Positions 59,391-64,000 of a DNA stretch of 64,000 nucleotides are shown piece by piece (the stretch's first letter is position 1; each line of letters opens with the position of its first letter). The notes below the pieces were generated by a model. That model saw only the letters and a program-made list of their open reading frames with translations. It searched no databases and was not told the DNA's origin. Made by a program: the position numbers and the translations under genes. Source of the stretch: Lama guanicoe (taxonomy: Eukaryota). The DNA lies in contig MU053216.1 in assembly GCA_013239625.1 (NCBI GenBank), positions 1,638,943 to 1,702,942 on the forward strand, in the 5' to 3' direction.

Positions 59391-61459
59391 AAGAAAGGAG
59401 AGATCACTTAATATCCAGTCACGTTTTTCAGATTTTTCTATTAACGCCGTTTCATGGAAATACTCACGTCGCTGTATCCTGCAGTGTGGGGACTGGGGCT
59501 TTTGTGTGTGTGTTAAACTTGCGCCTCATGTTTCTGGGTTTGTTTTATTTGAAAATTCGGTTGGATGTTTTCTTCAGTTTGAGGCGTTTAACATTATGTA
59601 AATTAGAACATGTTTTACTGAACTCTGGGTCAGCCGTCCTAAATACTACTCTGGAGAGGTTATTTATTGAGGTTTCACTTTAAATCAGAGTCCAGTATCT
59701 TTTTGGTTCTAGGTGAATTTTTTTTTTTTTGCCTCCAAAAGGTTGTAATAAAATAACAGTATGACACAAATAAAAGTGGTCCTGAGCATTTTTAGTAGGA
59801 AAAAAAAGGGATTGTTAAGTCATAGTTTAACTGTTTCAAAAGGGTCTGAGTATAGATATTAGGAGGAGAGAGCCAAGACATGTAAGTGTTGCGGCTGCAG
59901 GGAATGCGTTTGAAAATCAGTGAATATGTTAACTTTTAACGATAAAGAAGAAAAAATTGTAGGTCTGTGTAAAATCTATGAGAGAATTATGCTCTGAAAT
60001 CTAGTGACCACAAACATTGAAGAATTACAGTAAAAGTATTAAAGGGGAGAACAGGTTTCTGAGGCTTTGCCTTTTTTGTATATGATACTGTGTAGATAAA
60101 TGATGAGTTATTTGTTTTAAGCATAAACATGGACTTCTCCGTAGAGAGGTATCTACTTTTGGGCCCTTTGTTTTCTCTTTGCCAACATCCTTCCCTAGAT
60201 GATGCCGTTTTCTTGAACAAGAGTGCCAAGCGGAATCTCTTGATTCTGCATTGAATCCCAACCCTTGATTTCTCTGCAAAGATGACTCATTTCTCTGCTC
60301 TGGATTAACTCTAACATTCATCTTTTTATCCACTGACACCCCCCCTTTTTTTCCCCTAGGGTGGAATGTCTATATCTGAATCTGATTTTTAAATTTAAGG
60401 TTTTTTACTTGTAAGATACTAGGGTATGAAATAGGAAACTGCTTTGGAGTTCTCATTTGCTGCTGTAAGTGCAGGGTAAGGACTACTGAAATTCAGCAGT
60501 CGCTGGCTGGTAGCTTGTGAGATTGTGTCATTCAGTAATGAAAACAAAAATGTGGAGAAGAAATCTGTACTTATTTTTAATGTTTCTAAAAAATTGCAGA
60601 CAGTGTACAGATATTTCTACCTCATTTAGTTTTCTGTGCTATACTCATCAGGTGAGACAGGCACAGCTTTTTGCTCATTCTTCATGTCAGGCATTTTGTG
60701 GTCACCTGTCACTAGGAGCGTGGAAGCCTGAACTGGGTGACAGTTTGAGCTGTGTGGCCTTGTGGGGACGTACACAATTCTTAGCTGCTGAGTTCCTGAC
60801 TTCTTGCTGAACTGAAGAACTTCCCCGCAGAGAAGAACAGCTTCAGAACTTCAGAAAGTTATATTTTTAGAGTAAGCTACATCTGAAAACTGTCATTTTC
60901 AGAGTTTTATGGTCTTCGTGTTTTCTGTGACACATCATGACAGGATTTCATTTTTGAAATGTGATGCAAGGTTGCTTTGTCAGTGCAGTGACGTGCCCCG
61001 TGCAGGACCTGGGGGAGGTTACGCGGCGTGTCCCGCAAGTGTTCTTGTTAGGAGAGCCCTCCGGCCTGTCAGAGGAGCGGTCTGTGCTGGCTTCCAGTCT
61101 GCCTGTGCCTTCTATGAGATGATAAAGAAGAGTTCCTGAAAGCTCTTGAGGAACAACGTTTAATCATTTACACTTGTTACGTTTTTATGTCCTCAATACT
61201 TTATTACTTAAATGAACATTAGCATGAAGACAGCATGTGGGAATTCTGTTGTCTTACCTTTGATTAAAGAAATCTGAAAAAAATCCTCGGCAGGATTATA
61301 GTTAGTTTTAAAAGAGATTATCGCCATAAAGAGGGCATACACTTTTAAAATCATTTTTCTTGTAACTGTTTTGCTTTTTAAGAAAGTATTGGCCATATGT
61401 GAGTGTGCCTAACTTAAGAGATTCTGTTTACATTTTTTGTGAACCTTTGGGCTCACTCA

Positions 61460-61637
61460 AGGGAGGGCGTGCATAGCATTTTTAGGGTCTCGGGCTCTTT
61501 GGGCATCTGATGACGGATGGGTAGCAGAAATACATTTGCAAACGAGAATTTACAAGTTAGTCTACATGTTCACAAGGACACCCCTCTCCACTTGATAAAA
61601 AACTCTAAACCTATGGACCCGGGTTAAGAATCCTTGT
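61460..61637. mobile_element. hAT-Charlie-type MER relic
   Basis: Ends CCTATGGACCCGGGTTAAGAATCCTTG, resembling the ...ATGGACCCCAGGTTAAGAACCCCTG terminus of old Charlie elements. Confidence 0.45.
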
Positions 61638-63038
61638 TTTAGAAGTCTGCCTAAACATTGGACTTTTATTCTACAGAGAACTTAGAAAGTCGATACCTAA
61701 ACTTCAAAAACATCCAATATTAAGTTTACTTAAAAATGTCTTTATCTGCTGTTTAATTAATTACTCAGCGTTTATGGAACACATTTAGGTTACATAAAGC
61801 CATAGAGACTTATCAGCTGATCAAATAACGAATAGAATTGGTAAGTCTCTGCAGTTTCCCATCTGATAATAAGTACCATCGAGATGCTAGTCTTGACAAT
61901 AGTTCTGTCTTCTCCTTCAACAAAGAAGTGTGTTGACGGCACACAGTAACTGCAGCCGACGGCTGTGCTCCTTGGGTTGCACGGAAGTGGCTTCCCGCGT
62001 AAGTGTATTGGCCAAAATGAAAGCCCACGGCCAGCCCGGACCTTCCTGCCTTCGAGGAGTAACACTGAGTTCTTGACAACATGAAGCCTGTGCCTCAGGC
62101 CGCCCGAGCGGTTAGCTGGGCTGAAATGCACCGTGCAAGATAAGCCTTGTAAATACAGCATGGTTTATGTTGAAATAGGTACCTCTTGGGAAATGTAGGT
62201 AAACAGCCAGAGAAAAATGTAATGATTTGGACCCTATACGCCAAAGGGGAAAACTTGCTCCCTGTGTTTTTGAGTGATGGGCAGAGGTGGTGAGTCATGG
62301 GAAGGAGGCCAAGGAGATCTGAGAATACAGAAGAAATGGAATAGGTTTTGAAGAGAAACAGGGACCATAAAACTTACTTGAGTACTGACAGGGGCCCTGG
62401 AGGGTTCAGGTGATGCGGAGGGTTTAGGGGGATCTGTGACTGAGAAGCTCAGCCCTTGTTTTGTCATCTTCCAGGTCAGGTTCTTTTGGTACTTTAGTTT
62501 GGTGTGAACTTTGGTCCTGTTGTGGAACAATTAATAAATAACTCAGCAGACGACTGTGGTGAACTTCTGTTTACATTCCCAATCTAGAAAAAGGATGGCT
62601 AATCTTTGTGTCTATATATCTTTCCTTTAGTAACTTGGAATCACAGCTTCCATTGGTTGGTGGGAATTTTAACTTTCTTACCAAAACAGCTGTAGGCAAA
62701 ATTATTGTTACATGTGATTGAGTGAATATGCACAGAATTTAGGAATTGAGACAAAAGCTCTGAGTCTAGGTATCTGACTTGTCAAAAAGAGAAAAAAGAA
62801 ATTTCCCAGTGCAGTATAGAAAGGCATCCTTTGTTATGACAAAGGAAAAGTTATTGCAAAAAGTTGGAAGCTTCCTAATTAATAATTTTTAAGTTTTGCT
62901 TTGCAGAATGTTTAATTTTAACTTGTGACTGGCTCATCTGTTCATTCTAGTTTAAATAAGAATCATATTTTATAAGCATTATCTATCCACAAACTTAAAA
63001 GTTTTAGTTGAGGGCTAAAGTTTTAAATCTCGATCTGG

Positions 63039-64000
63039 GGGATACAGGTTTTTAAGTCTGAAATTTTTAAGGGTGGATTGCCCAACTGACAAGACCAGCA
63101 ATGGAACCATTTTATGTTTGGTTGCGCATAAACCAGGCTCTTCTACCAGGAAGCCAAGTGCAAACATTTGAAAGAGAGTTCCTTTTTGGACATTAATGAG
63201 AGCTGTAAATCAGTGTCATTACGGGTCTCCGGGGTGGACAGCCGTGACCTTGGTCCATGGGACTGGGAGAGTCCTTTCTGAGGCTTCTGCTTAGTGGCCC
63301 AGAAAACAAATGCCTCCTGGCCACTAGGAAGCAGACTGAGGTGAGACCTGGAGTTTTCATGTGGCAAATGGATGAGGATGTTTGCATTTAATAGACCCGG
63401 TATGTGTATCTCCCTCAGTCAGAAGCACCGCAGAAAAGACCCCGCGAGGCCCACGGAGCTGCACAGAGGCCTCGAAACACGCGAACGCTCGCTCTGGTGC
63501 TGCTGTTCGCTTTTGCTCTAAGGAGCCTTCCAGCAAACGTCTTACTGCCGTGTCAGTGCCGTGAAGGGCTCTGCTGTCTGTGAGGTGCGTTACTGCGGGG
63601 TGTTACTCCTTTAGACCTGGGGGGCAGTCCCACGAAAGTTAAGACAAACGTTTAGCGTTTTGTTTTTGGTTTTTAGATGAAGTCCACTAAGACACCACAT
63701 ATGCCTCCACACTCAGTCACACTCGGAATAGTTAGCTGTGTGTTTTTTTAAATAAGTGTTTATGTTGGTAACTTGCTGATCTCTTAAAGGTTTAGTTTAG
63801 AAAATTTGCAAGAGTAATTACACTCTAACTTTTCAAACTGCTTTATTTTCAGTAAGAGAAAAATTAGGTTATGACTAGATTTAACATGGTTTGTTCAGGA
63901 TTTACTGGGATACAGGTTTTTAAGTCTGAAAGTGACATTTTAGATTAATTTTTAAAGGGTGGATTGCACAATTGACAAGACCAGCAATAGAAGCATTTTA
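63039..64000. repeat. Diverged direct repeat: 63039-63114 and 63907-64000
   Basis: Both read GGGATACAGGTTTTTAAGTCTGAAA...AAGGGTGGATTGC.CAA.TGACAAGACCAGCAAT.GAA.CATTTTA; the second copy has about 17 extra nt. Confidence 0.9.

Noticed and set aside
62828..62845. SOX palindrome or SOX-OCT composite CCTTTGTTATGACAAAGG
   Set aside because: Only 7-bp arms and a poor octamer half; expected by chance in 64 kb.

Overview
Mammalian (eutherian) genomic DNA, most likely a camelid (alpaca/llama/camel), judged from about 14 copies of a tRNA-Ala-derived SINE resembling camelid vic-1 and from artiodactyl-type L1 3' ends. The only protein-coding gene I can support is ZNF281 (+ strand, single coding exon 54677-57304, 875 aa, four zinc fingers), with a CpG-island promoter partly hidden by an N-gap and a 3' UTR rich in miRNA seed sites. 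The 54 kb upstream is intergenic: a processed SUMO2 pseudogene, SINEs, L1/L2/MIR relics, two LTRs, DNA-transposon relics, a GGT/GAT microsatellite and two AT-rich, repeat-free enhancer-like blocks. There is no prokaryotic content, no CRISPR array and no new multi-gene system that I can support. The most interesting signal is a regional A/T-to-G/C substitution bias, visible in a neutral pseudogene and in old repeats, which also appears to have rewritten the ZNF281 N-terminus. Secondary signals are an orientation bias of young retroposons, several local duplications around ZNF281 and a splice donor overlapping its stop codon. Comparisons with human sequences and repeat consensuses are from memory and need alignment; repeat boundaries are approximate.
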